Shown here piece after piece: positions 37,871 to 46,884 of a stretch of DNA of 50,792 nucleotides (the stretch's first letter is position 1; every line of letters begins with the position of its first letter). The DNA lies in IMG/VR virus record IMGVR_UViG_3300005805_000121, positions 1-50,792 of that record; one strand, 5' to 3'. Made by a program: the position numbers and the translations under genes. Origin of the DNA: a virus (taxonomy: Duplodnaviria; Caudoviricetes). Under the pieces are notes generated by a model. That model was given only the letters and a program-made list of their open reading frames with translations, had not been told where the DNA came from and made no database searches.

Positions 37871-37933
37871 AATTGTCTCCTGAATACTATATTGTATAGT
37901 TATATATGTATTACTGCTAGTGTGTTGGTAAAA

Positions 37934-39061
37934 TTACTTCAGTTTATTATGTAGCGGATCATATGATTTTTTCTTAAACAGATTTTGATTGTGTTTAAGA
38001 ATATCCATATCTTTACTGAACAATTCATCAATGGTTTTTCTAGGAGTTTTACTCAATGCCATCAACGTTTGTCTGAATTTCCCGAATCTTTCTCTGATAT
38101 CCATAACAGAATCATATGAATAATCTATCCAGTCGGGAAACAAAAAACCCATATATTTAAGATCACGGATTATTCCTGCGTATCCAAACGGCACTATAAA
38201 ATGTCCTTTAATTAGAGGATCAAATGTTTTTTCTGTTATTAATTCTTGATCATTAGTAATCGTAGTCTCAACATACGTTGATATGTATGAGTTATTATAC
38301 AAACTATTAGCTACAGGTATCCATTGACCATTGCCAGTTGTAGTACGTAATGCGTTATTTGATTCTTCAGTTTCTCCGGGAAGTATAATACCATTTTTAA
38401 AGTCACTGATGTAGCAATCTTTATTTTGTAAAAAATTTAATAGCCTATATCGATATACCAATTTAGGGTATTGCTGGTAAACTTCTCCATTTTGGTCATA
38501 TAAAATTCTACTGGCACAAAGAAACAACCTAGCAGAATTTGGGTCTCGATGCTGTATGCGATTTATTTTGAAATTTTCTTTAGAAGAATAGTCACATCCC
38601 AATACAGTGTGCAAATTGCATCTTTCATATTCGTGATAATATGCTTTAGCATAATTGAAATAAATGTCATAAAGTGTGTATTGTTTTATGTTTTTAAAAG
38701 GATGTATTATGTATGTCTTGTTTGGAAAATGTTTTTCAAACTCATTAAAAATATAAGAAAAATATGTTTCGAAAGACACTTGGTCGTCTGTAGAATGTAA
38801 TACCATTATTGCTATTTTTTCATCAACATAAAAAGATTTTATTGTCTGTATTACATTATGAATTACTACATCTAATGTAGATTTCCAATCCATTACCAAT
38901 GGACCTCTTTCGGATACTGAATGAAATAGACAGTAATCCACAGGAATTACATCTGGCTTATCAACAGGATTTTCTACTCTCTGCCAGATTTGATTTTCTA
39001 TTTCAAAAGGAATTCTAATATGATAGGGAAACAAATTCCCGTAATTTACCAAATATTTCAT
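37934..39061 (-). CDS. Putative glycosyltransferase-like protein (paralog 2)
   Basis: YVET...ITEKTFDPLIKGHFIVPFG...GFLFPDWIDYSYD. Confidence 0.55.
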   Translation of the reverse strand: MKYLVNYGNLFPYHIRIPFEIENQIWQRVENPVDKPDVIPVDYCLFHSVSERGPLVMDWKSTLDVVIHNVIQTIKSFYVDEKIAIMVLHSTDDQVSFETYFSYIFNEFEKHFPNKTYIIHPFKNIKQYTLYDIYFNYAKAYYHEYERCNLHTVLGCDYSSKENFKINRIQHRDPNSARLFLCASRILYDQNGEVYQQYPKLVYRYRLLNFLQNKDCYISDFKNGIILPGETEESNNALRTTTGNGQWIPVANSLYNNSYISTYVETTITNDQELITEKTFDPLIKGHFIVPFGYAGIIRDLKYMGFLFPDWIDYSYDSVMDIRERFGKFRQTLMALSKTPRKTIDELFSKDMDILKHNQNLFKKKSYDPLHNKLK

Positions 39062-39076
39062 TTAAATTGAAATCAA

Positions 39077-39874
39077 TTAACCTTGAACCCATGTCAATGG
39101 TTGGCTGTAATCTTGATATCTACGCAAATCTTCGATCAGTGCTTCTTGTGCAGCCTTTGATTCAGCTTTCATGGCAGTACCGTTCAAAGTAGTTCCTCCG
39201 CCTGGACCAGCAATACTGCCGAATTTTTCACGTGCTTCTCCGATAATACCCTTAAGAACAGCTAGTGTGAAATCACCAATCCATACACCAGCGCCCGGAT
39301 CTTGTAGTAGTTCTTCGATAGGTCTTTGTACGTCGGCCCAAATAAGAATTCTCTCACCTGATCCTTTAAAGTCACGGACTACTTTTAAGGCCTTAGTTAC
39401 TGGGTTGAATGTATAGTTTACGTATCCACCAAACATTCTAGCAGTTAATTCTACATACCCTGCATAGAAATCGTATGTTGCAAGGCCACCTGTATAATTA
39501 TAGTTTAATAAGTACGTGTTAAGAATGGCGCTAGAAAATGGATCAAAACTTGTTGAGCTAGGTCCTGTTTCAAGTCCAACTGTTCGTCTAAACAAAGACC
39601 TAACATTTATGAATTCGCTAGGAAGTGTGTAAGTATCTACATTTTTGATAACGGTCATCAATGTATATGACTCAACTGTTGCGTTTTGGGCACGTTGACG
39701 ATATAGTTTTATCGCATAATTAAATGCTGCTTCGTAATGTTGCGGATCAAGCTCTAAATCAATAATGTCTCCGCCTAAACGCAGGCGGAGATTATTAAAA
39801 AGTGCTTCTTTTAATTCGTCCAGGGTCAGGCTGGAAGGGGTACTCATTGGTGTCGCTATCGAACTTACTGGCAT
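39077..39874 (-). CDS. gp13: Neck/head-tail adaptor protein (T4 gp13-like)
   Basis: LRLGGDIIDLEL...KF...GPGGGTTLNG...G. Start revised to ATG 39874 (AGGA SD; late motif at 39895-39902). Confidence 0.85.
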   Translation of the reverse strand: MPVSSIATPMSTPSSLTLDELKEALFNNLRLRLGGDIIDLELDPQHYEAAFNYAIKLYRQRAQNATVESYTLMTVIKNVDTYTLPSEFINVRSLFRRTVGLETGPSSTSFDPFSSAILNTYLLNYNYTGGLATYDFYAGYVELTARMFGGYVNYTFNPVTKALKVVRDFKGSGERILIWADVQRPIEELLQDPGAGVWIGDFTLAVLKGIIGEAREKFGSIAGPGGGTTLNGTAMKAESKAAQEALIEDLRRYQDYSQPLTWVQG

Positions 39875-39991
39875 AATAGTTTCCTGATATTGTGTATTTA
39901 TCAGAGATACGGTCACGCATGTAATAGATAGCAGACCAGTTGTAAAGGTTCAACGGTGGAAATTTATCACACCATTGATCCATTGCATTTT

Positions 39992-40429
39992 TCACAGGTC
40001 ACCGGCTACACGATTTTCGCTGTAAAATGCATCAAAACTGCCGCCCGGATATCGTGCTTCTAGCTTTTTAACATTCTCAGCTATTACATCATTAGGATCT
40101 AAATTCAGTGCTCGGCATGTATTAATCCAGTACCAAAAAATATCTCCCAGTTCACGTTTCATGTGGTAGACATTTTCTTCACTTAATGGCTTGCCTTGAA
40201 AAAATATCTTCTTTGCAATTTCAGTAAATTCTCCACTTTCACTGGCCAATCCTAAACAACCTGTCAACAAAAGTGGTACATTAATATCTGGTCCATGTTC
40301 TCCGTTACCTACATAATTTCCGTCTAACTCATCACAACGGTTCATAAATGTAGTCAGGTCATTGCTAGGTTTACTGGTAACAGCCTCAACAAATTCTTGA
40401 TAACGATTCAAATCAATTTTTTTTGTCAT
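39992..40429 (-). CDS. mazG: MazG-like nucleotide pyrophosphohydrolase
   Basis: GLASESGEFTEIAKK...KRELGDIFWY...NVKKLEARYP. Confidence 0.9.
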   Translation of the reverse strand: MTKKIDLNRYQEFVEAVTSKPSNDLTTFMNRCDELDGNYVGNGEHGPDINVPLLLTGCLGLASESGEFTEIAKKIFFQGKPLSEENVYHMKRELGDIFWYWINTCRALNLDPNDVIAENVKKLEARYPGGSFDAFYSENRVAGDL

Positions 40430-40437
40430 ATTTTTCC

Positions 40438-41199
40438 TTATTTAGTTTCTATGTGTAACTTATTTTTTAGTACGTATTCGTGTAAATGCTCGGCATATAA
40501 TTTATGAGGAGTTTCATCATGGTGATAATATTTTGCCTTAGTATTTTTGTATCCTAATTTTTCATACTTATAGTAGAATGGTTCATTGTTATTGTCGAAA
40601 TTCAAATAGCGTTTTCTATCTATCTGATCTTTGTACCACTGCAATGTAGGATGATCTTGTGTAAACATGTATAGTGTGTTTACAAACAAATATTTTACAC
40701 GATGCATTTTTAAAAAATATTGTAACTGCAACGCATATGTAGCACTAAGTATCTCAAGGTAAAGTTCATTATTTACCATAAATCTATGGTATCCTTCAAT
40801 GAAATCTTGTTCTTTACTACCGTTACCTTTGTATCCTAGATTAATACGAATGTAATCATCATGTGTAGGGCTATACCAGTCAGCGTGTTTATCCCATTCT
40901 TGGTGATACCAAGTTTTTTGATAGAAGGGAACTTCCATGCGTATGCCATCAGCCCAACCCACTAACACAAAAACATCGTCGTATGGATCATAGTTGTGGT
41001 TGAACCAATCTAGGACACTCCTGACGATTCCGCCGTTTGCAGACCCTGCGATAGCAATGTTAATTGGTTCGTAGCCCAGCTTTTTTGCCAAAACATTACC
41101 GAAACTATTTTCTCGATTATATGTGCTATCACAACTGCCGTCAATCTCTGAACCTGCAGGATCACTGCCACCTGCAATCAACATGATACGCTTATTCAT
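40438..41199 (-). CDS. SGNH/GDSL hydrolase-like protein
   Basis: AGGSDPAG, NIAIAGSAN, VLVGW, C-terminal HHDETPH. Confidence 0.6.
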   Translation of the reverse strand: MNKRIMLIAGGSDPAGSEIDGSCDSTYNRENSFGNVLAKKLGYEPINIAIAGSANGGIVRSVLDWFNHNYDPYDDVFVLVGWADGIRMEVPFYQKTWYHQEWDKHADWYSPTHDDYIRINLGYKGNGSKEQDFIEGYHRFMVNNELYLEILSATYALQLQYFLKMHRVKYLFVNTLYMFTQDHPTLQWYKDQIDRKRYLNFDNNNEPFYYKYEKLGYKNTKAKYYHHDETPHKLYAEHLHEYVLKNKLHIETK

Positions 41200-41782
41200 T
41201 CATCACCTTTAATCTGGCTAATACTTTTTGGTATACCAAGTTATTTCCAACTTCGGTATAATGATTCATGGAACCCCTATGTCTGGTGAATACGTCTTTA
41301 AAATTAATAAAGTTTTCAAACACGTGCAAGTTTTTCCATTCAATATGTGCTATATGTAATGTCCTAATTGGACAGAATTCTTCTATTTCAGCTAGTAGAA
41401 GATTATGCATATGTTCTGCATATTCTATATCAAAATATCTATCAAAGTAATGTGCTACGGGTTGTAACTCAGGATAATTGGGTAAATGCTCTAATACGTC
41501 ACTGTACAATAAACAGCTATTTTTATGTAATGTGTCTTTACCATGAACAGGATGTTCACTTACATAAAGGCGGTAGGGGCTAGTGTGTGACACTAGCACC
41601 AAATCATAGCTATCTACATCGACGGACTGTAACTGTTTTAGGATTTTGTATTCACTGCAACCTGCTTGAGCAAGGTTTGTAACCTTATAGTCTTGCTCAA
41701 GCAGATTTACCCAACCTACACCTTTTACCTTGACAGTCCAATCTGCGGCAAAACTATCGCCGCAAATCAGAAGTTTTTCCAT
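41192..41782 (-). CDS. SGNH/GDSL hydrolase-like protein
   Basis: CGDSFA, NLAQAGCS, C-terminal NHYTEVGN. Confidence 0.7.
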   Translation of the reverse strand: MEKLLICGDSFAADWTVKVKGVGWVNLLEQDYKVTNLAQAGCSEYKILKQLQSVDVDSYDLVLVSHTSPYRLYVSEHPVHGKDTLHKNSCLLYSDVLEHLPNYPELQPVAHYFDRYFDIEYAEHMHNLLLAEIEEFCPIRTLHIAHIEWKNLHVFENFINFKDVFTRHRGSMNHYTEVGNNLVYQKVLARLKVMNE

Positions 41783-42966
41783 TAAAACGCTTTCAAAATT
41801 ACCATAGCATCATTGAACCGACCATTTGGACACGTTGCAACTGCCTTGATATCTTTGAAGTATTTACGTGCGGCCGGCTTGCTGCCCATAATTTCTTTCA
41901 ATTGCTCGGCTGGCTTACGCAGTGTTTTAACCTCACTGGCTGTCTTATCGAATCCAATCAGTGTGTTACCTTTGACAGTAAACACCTTGCTGTACTCATC
42001 AGCCATATAGTGATGCAGTTTTCGCTTTGCAGTATCGTAAACCCATGCTTCGCTAGCACCGTGAATCTTAACAGGGTGCAGACTAATCAAGTCAAGCTTG
42101 GTTGCAGCATCCTTGAAGGTCTTGAGATACTTGAGTTTGGCGACTTGCTTTTCAACAGGAACTGCCTTACGCTTACGGGGAGCCTTAGCTGCCTTCTTAA
42201 CGTTAACGTAGCTATTGAAGTCGCTCAGGAACTGTTCGATAAATTTCAGAATGTTCTTAAGTTGGGTTTTGGTATAATGACTATAGCCCTGAACCAACTG
42301 CGGATCTTTACCTACAATTGCCTCAGCAATTTCTTCACGTTTGCGATTCCATGCGTCAGTGAGAATATTAATATGCTGTGGTAGTACATTGTACTTGGCA
42401 AGCATATCGACCGGCTTGAAATTAAATGTAGCTTTAGCTCCTGCTAGGACATAATCGTCATACATACCCTCAATTTCACCTGCAGCCTCACGTGCCTTTT
42501 CTTTCATGATTTCTTGCACATTGGGGCGATTCACTTCTTTTTTGATCGCAGCTTTTTTACCCGTAGTTGATTCTTTTACTTCGGGTTTTTGTACAGTCAT
42601 TACCAGCCTGTTGATTTCGTCCTGCAGGCGCTTCTGCTCTGTTTCGTTCAATTTAAAGCCACGCAATGTCATACGTGCCAACCAACACATGGTGGTGTTA
42701 AGGTTGCTTTCCTCTACTTTGCGAACGATCTTTGCTAATCCCTCGTTACCGGTCAGATCCAAATACTGGATCATCATATCTTTAGCTTCTTTTCGACCAT
42801 AAAACCGGCTGTACCAGTTGAATGCTTCAATCATTCCAGAATTGCGGTTGACTGATTCTTCCGTGAAGAATGGCTCTCCGCCAGTGTACTTTGTGTCTGC
42901 ATCACGTGGGTCAAGTGCTTTGACCACACTAGTATCGACAGGCTTTTTAGCAGCTTTTCGTGCCAT
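41782..42966 (-). CDS. Lys-rich hypothetical early protein (394 aa)
   Basis: GGAG SD and a perfect sigma70 promoter upstream. Confidence 0.8.
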   Translation of the reverse strand: MARKAAKKPVDTSVVKALDPRDADTKYTGGEPFFTEESVNRNSGMIEAFNWYSRFYGRKEAKDMMIQYLDLTGNEGLAKIVRKVEESNLNTTMCWLARMTLRGFKLNETEQKRLQDEINRLVMTVQKPEVKESTTGKKAAIKKEVNRPNVQEIMKEKAREAAGEIEGMYDDYVLAGAKATFNFKPVDMLAKYNVLPQHINILTDAWNRKREEIAEAIVGKDPQLVQGYSHYTKTQLKNILKFIEQFLSDFNSYVNVKKAAKAPRKRKAVPVEKQVAKLKYLKTFKDAATKLDLISLHPVKIHGASEAWVYDTAKRKLHHYMADEYSKVFTVKGNTLIGFDKTASEVKTLRKPAEQLKEIMGSKPAARKYFKDIKAVATCPNGRFNDAMVILKAF

Positions 42967-42994
42967 AATATCTCCGTTTTCAGGCTATTTTTGT

Positions 42995-43023
42995 ATTATA
43001 TATCATAGACCATTTATTGTCAA
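42995..43023 (-). promoter_or_regulatory. Perfect consensus sigma70 promoter
   Basis: TTGACA-ATAAATGGTCTATGATA-TATAAT (17-nt spacer). Confidence 0.85.
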
Positions 43024-43034
43024 GCCTTCTCTGC

Positions 43035-43042
43035 GATAAATA
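43035..43042 (+). promoter_or_regulatory. Late promoter GATAAATA 4 nt upstream of the gp14 ATG
   Basis: GATAAATA-CAGT-ATG. Confidence 0.75.
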
Positions 43043-43046
43043 CAGT

Positions 43047-44750
43047 ATGCCAAGATTAAGCCTTTACCGAGAAAATAAGCAAAACGACTACAGATTTTTG
43101 GACAGAACCATTTCTGAACAGCTAACTGTGGGTGGTACTGATTTATATATTCACAAATATTTGGGGCCTACAAATCAGGGACCCAGTATTGATTATACTC
43201 AACCACAGTATGACAAACTAGATCCAACAAACATCGAAGATTTGTTGTTTTTAGAAAACCGTGATCGCACGTATGATCCTAATATTTACAGATTACGTGG
43301 TCATTATAATGTACAGAATTTAGACTTTGATTTATCTCAGTTTGGCCTATTCTTAAATAATGATATCATCTTTATCACAGTTCATTATAATGATATGATA
43401 GAGATTGTGGGTCGTAAATTAATGGTAGGTGATGTAATTGAATTACCGCACTTACTTGATTATAACCCACTCAAAGAAACGATTCCTGTAGCACTTAAAC
43501 GTTTCATGCAAATTACTGATTCTAACTATGCAAGTGAAGGTTTCAGTCAAACATGGTTTCCGCATTTATGGCGTATCAAGTGCGAACCTCTAGTTGATAG
43601 CCAAGAATTTAGTCAAATATTACAAGAACCCATTAATAAAGATACCTATCTAGGACAATGGGACAGTACTAAAACATATCCCGCAGGATACGTAATTACG
43701 TATGGTGATAAAAATTATGTCGCAAAAATAGATGTTCCTATAGGAATTTCACCACCTAATTCCACATATTGGGAGCTAGACACTGCTGACAATCTGAAAG
43801 ACATACTTTCAACATACAATAAAAATATTCAAATTAATGATGCAGTTATCAATGAGGCTAAGAGAATTGTTCCTAAGTCAGGTTACGATACTAGTGAATT
43901 ATATGTAGTTCCTACGTATGGAGTTTGGGAAGAAAATGGAGTATTGTCGAAGAAGATTAATCAGCCTGCACCACCAGTTGACATTATAATTTCTAGTAAT
44001 GGGATTCCCGGTAGCGTAGGTATGATGCGTGATAATAAGTTTAAAACTCAAAGTCCATACATACGTATCCCCAAAGCTTCAGTAAAAAGCATTTGGGATT
44101 TATCAGTAGATGCTGATCATACGAAACTTATTGACAAATTTATTCAAGCAAGTCTGCAAGTAATAGAAACTGATCCCATAAGAACTTCTACTAATTCCGG
44201 GCCCGTAAAAGGTGACACTATACTGACAGTTAAAAGTTTGGGTACTATCACTGGTCCATATGGTACTGCTGACAATACATACGCAACCGCAGATCAAGAT
44301 CCTACTCAACCGGGATTTACAGGTGACGTTACACAAGAAATGGATTATAGAGCAGACTGCGATCCTAGATTCCAATACATTGCAAGATACACTCCGTTAA
44401 GCTTTAGCTATACTAGTGGTTACTTAACAGGTGACGGTTCTGCACCAAATGGATTACCAACAGGAACCGGTATCGCATTCCCACAAGATCCGCAAGTCGG
44501 AGACTATTTCTTGAGAATAGATTATTTGCCTAATGTACTTTTCCGTTGGGACGGGACAATATGGGTAAGAATCTCTACGGATGTAAGAACTGATACAGGG
44601 TTTACTGAAGATGATAAATCATTATTGTCAGGATTCATTAATGACACAAATGTTATATACAGTGAGGCAGAAGGTCAATTGATACCTGAAGCACAGCCAC
44701 TGTCTACAATATTAACTATAGCACCAGATCCACTACCACCAGTTGAATAA
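43047..44750 (+). CDS. gp14: Neck/head-closure protein (T4 gp14-like) with extra domains
   Basis: DLSQFGLFLNND...GDVIELP...WRIKCEP resembles gp14; directly upstream of a gp15-like gene. Start revised to MPRLSLY. Confidence 0.65.
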   Translation: MPRLSLYRENKQNDYRFLDRTISEQLTVGGTDLYIHKYLGPTNQGPSIDYTQPQYDKLDPTNIEDLLFLENRDRTYDPNIYRLRGHYNVQNLDFDLSQFGLFLNNDIIFITVHYNDMIEIVGRKLMVGDVIELPHLLDYNPLKETIPVALKRFMQITDSNYASEGFSQTWFPHLWRIKCEPLVDSQEFSQILQEPINKDTYLGQWDSTKTYPAGYVITYGDKNYVAKIDVPIGISPPNSTYWELDTADNLKDILSTYNKNIQINDAVINEAKRIVPKSGYDTSELYVVPTYGVWEENGVLSKKINQPAPPVDIIISSNGIPGSVGMMRDNKFKTQSPYIRIPKASVKSIWDLSVDADHTKLIDKFIQASLQVIETDPIRTSTNSGPVKGDTILTVKSLGTITGPYGTADNTYATADQDPTQPGFTGDVTQEMDYRADCDPRFQYIARYTPLSFSYTSGYLTGDGSAPNGLPTGTGIAFPQDPQVGDYFLRIDYLPNVLFRWDGTIWVRISTDVRTDTGFTEDDKSLLSGFINDTNVIYSEAEGQLIPEAQPLSTILTIAPDPLPPVE

Positions 44751-44752
44751 TT

Positions 44753-46120
44753 ATGGCACAATTTTTTTATGACGCACAGATACGCAGATTTTTATTACAA
44801 TTTGCGAAAATTTTTAGTAATTGGTATGTTACTAAAGGTAAAGACCCTGCAGGAAATGACATTTTAGTTAGAGTACCTGTTATGTACGGGGATAGTAGCA
44901 GGCAGGCTAGCACAATTATTGCTAATAACAGTGCTAGTAATCTACCTAGCGCACCATTGATAACATACTATATCAGTGGACTAGAATATAACCAGCAAAG
45001 AACACAAGATCCTACATTCGTGGATAAACTTAATGTTCGACAAAGAACTTATAATGCTTCAACACAAAGCTACGAAACGACACAGGGTCAAGCATTCACT
45101 GTAGAAAGGTTAATGCCGGTTCCTTATACTTTGAGAATTACAGTAGATATTTGGACAACAAACTATAATCAAAAATTAGAGATTATTGAACAATTAGGTA
45201 CACTTTTTAATCCTGCATTAGAAATTCAAAGTACTGATAATTTCATTGACTGGACATCATTGTCAGTGGTATATCAAGATGGACTTACATTTAGTAGTCG
45301 AAGTATTCCACAAGGAACAGGTAATCCTATAGATGTTATGAGCTGGAAGTTCTATATGCCTATATGGATTAGCACGGCAAGTAAACTGAAAAAATACGGA
45401 GTGATTCAAAAAATCATAGCCAGTATTTTTTCAGATGCTACATTAGCAGCAACAGCAGATGATGACTTATTACTAGGCACTAGACAAAAAATTACACCGT
45501 ATGGATATAAACTACTATTGCTCAATAACACTCTACAACTATTGCCTGCTAATCAAACAGCCCAACCACCAAACTCTAATTTGAATTTGCCTAGTCCGCC
45601 CAATACTTCATTATATTGGTCGGCATTATTGAATGCATACGGTGCATATAAACCGGGTATTTCTCAAATATGGTTACAAAATCCATATATGGATACCGAG
45701 ATTGTAGGTACTATTGTTATAGATCCATTAGATGATAGGCTGTTAATTTATAATATTGATACCGATACACTACCACAAAACACATTAGATCCGGTAGATA
45801 GCGTTATTAATCCTTTAACGTCTGGTCCTAATGCAGGGTTGCCCGCACCTGTAACAGGTCGTAGATATTTGATCGTAGAAAGTATTGGTGGCAGCGCACC
45901 CACAGTTGCATGGGGTGATCTAGTTGCTAAAGCCAACGATATTATTGAATATGACGGAACAGAATGGGTAGTAGCTTTTGATGCACAGGAAGCAACATCG
46001 GTCGAATATGTTACCAATTTAACAACAAACGTACAATATAGATATGTGCCTGAAGAAGGTGCTTGGATGAAATCATATGAAGGATGGTACAATCAGGGAG
46101 ACTACAGTATTGTAATCTAA
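44753..46120 (+). CDS. gp15: Tail sheath stabilizer/terminator (T4 gp15-like) with a C-terminal extension
   Basis: FFYDAQIRR...F...VPVMYG...PVPYTL...IIEQLGTLFNP. Confidence 0.85.
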   Translation: MAQFFYDAQIRRFLLQFAKIFSNWYVTKGKDPAGNDILVRVPVMYGDSSRQASTIIANNSASNLPSAPLITYYISGLEYNQQRTQDPTFVDKLNVRQRTYNASTQSYETTQGQAFTVERLMPVPYTLRITVDIWTTNYNQKLEIIEQLGTLFNPALEIQSTDNFIDWTSLSVVYQDGLTFSSRSIPQGTGNPIDVMSWKFYMPIWISTASKLKKYGVIQKIIASIFSDATLAATADDDLLLGTRQKITPYGYKLLLLNNTLQLLPANQTAQPPNSNLNLPSPPNTSLYWSALLNAYGAYKPGISQIWLQNPYMDTEIVGTIVIDPLDDRLLIYNIDTDTLPQNTLDPVDSVINPLTSGPNAGLPAPVTGRRYLIVESIGGSAPTVAWGDLVAKANDIIEYDGTEWVVAFDAQEATSVEYVTNLTTNVQYRYVPEEGAWMKSYEGWYNQGDYSIVI

Positions 46121-46138
46121 CATATTTTACTGTATCAT
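46110..46138 (+). promoter_or_regulatory. Sigma70-type promoter for the NUDIX gene, leaderless
   Basis: TTGTAA-N17-TATCAT-N6-ATG. Confidence 0.55.
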
Positions 46139-46144
46139 ACAATA

Positions 46145-46558
46145 ATGAGTGTATCTGCTGGAATATTTTTTTACTCCGAAACAACTAAAAGATTTTTATA
46201 TCTGTTGAGAAATGATGATAAAAATTTTGGTTCTTGGGGAATACCCGGTGGCAAAATAGAAAAGGAAGAAACCCTACTAGAGGGATTATATCGTGAATGT
46301 GTAGAAGAAATAGGATTTTTTCCTATAGATGCTAAGTTGATACCCATACAAAAGTTTGTTAATCATTCTTTTACATACCACACGTTTTTCTGTACAGTTG
46401 AAGAAGAATTTACACCCAAATTAAATAACGAACACTTGGGATACGCTTGGATAGATAACGATGTGTTCCCCAAACCATTACATCCTGGGTTATTCAACAC
46501 AATTAACTTTGATGTAGTGCAAGAAAAAATTAAAGCACTAACAAAAAAAGGGGCCTGA
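46145..46558 (+). CDS. NUDIX hydrolase
   Basis: Nudix box GGKIEKEETLLEGLYRECVEEIG; LNNEH...W. Confidence 0.92.
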   Translation: MSVSAGIFFYSETTKRFLYLLRNDDKNFGSWGIPGGKIEKEETLLEGLYRECVEEIGFFPIDAKLIPIQKFVNHSFTYHTFFCTVEEEFTPKLNNEHLGYAWIDNDVFPKPLHPGLFNTINFDVVQEKIKALTKKGA

Positions 46559-46569
46559 GCCCCTTTTTT
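46543..46569. terminator. Bidirectional intrinsic terminator
   Basis: A7-GGGGC-CTGA-GCCCC-T6 between convergent genes. Confidence 0.88.
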
Positions 46570-46879
46570 ATTTTAACAGTTTTGCAACCGTATCGTAACC
46601 TAAAGAACCTATAACGATACCGGCTCCCATTAACATCCAGCGCCATTTTTCTAAACTAGATATCTTTTCAGCCATTGATTTATGTGCTGATATGTTAGAA
46701 TTTTGCATTTCTTTGATCATTGTAATATGTTCTTCAGAATGCTTATCTAACGCATCACGCACATCTTTAATGTCAGTTTTGAGTTCACCGACTTTTTCTT
46801 CGATGTTCTCTACTTTGACCTGCAGGACTGCGATATCTGTTTCAGTTTTCTGCGCCTTACTTAAAGAGACAGCCGCCAT
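46568..46879 (-). CDS. Coiled-coil protein with a C-terminal TM helix (XhlA/holin-like)
   Basis: Heptad N-terminus followed by LEKWRWMLMGAGIVIG. Confidence 0.6.
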   Translation of the reverse strand: MAAVSLSKAQKTETDIAVLQVKVENIEEKVGELKTDIKDVRDALDKHSEEHITMIKEMQNSNISAHKSMAEKISSLEKWRWMLMGAGIVIGSLGYDTVAKLLK

Positions 46880-46884
46880 AATAA

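Noticed and set aside
37891-37919. Sigma70 promoter for the dNMP kinase gene
   Set aside because: A -10-like TACAAT is present but the -35 is poor; too weak to call in AT-rich DNA.
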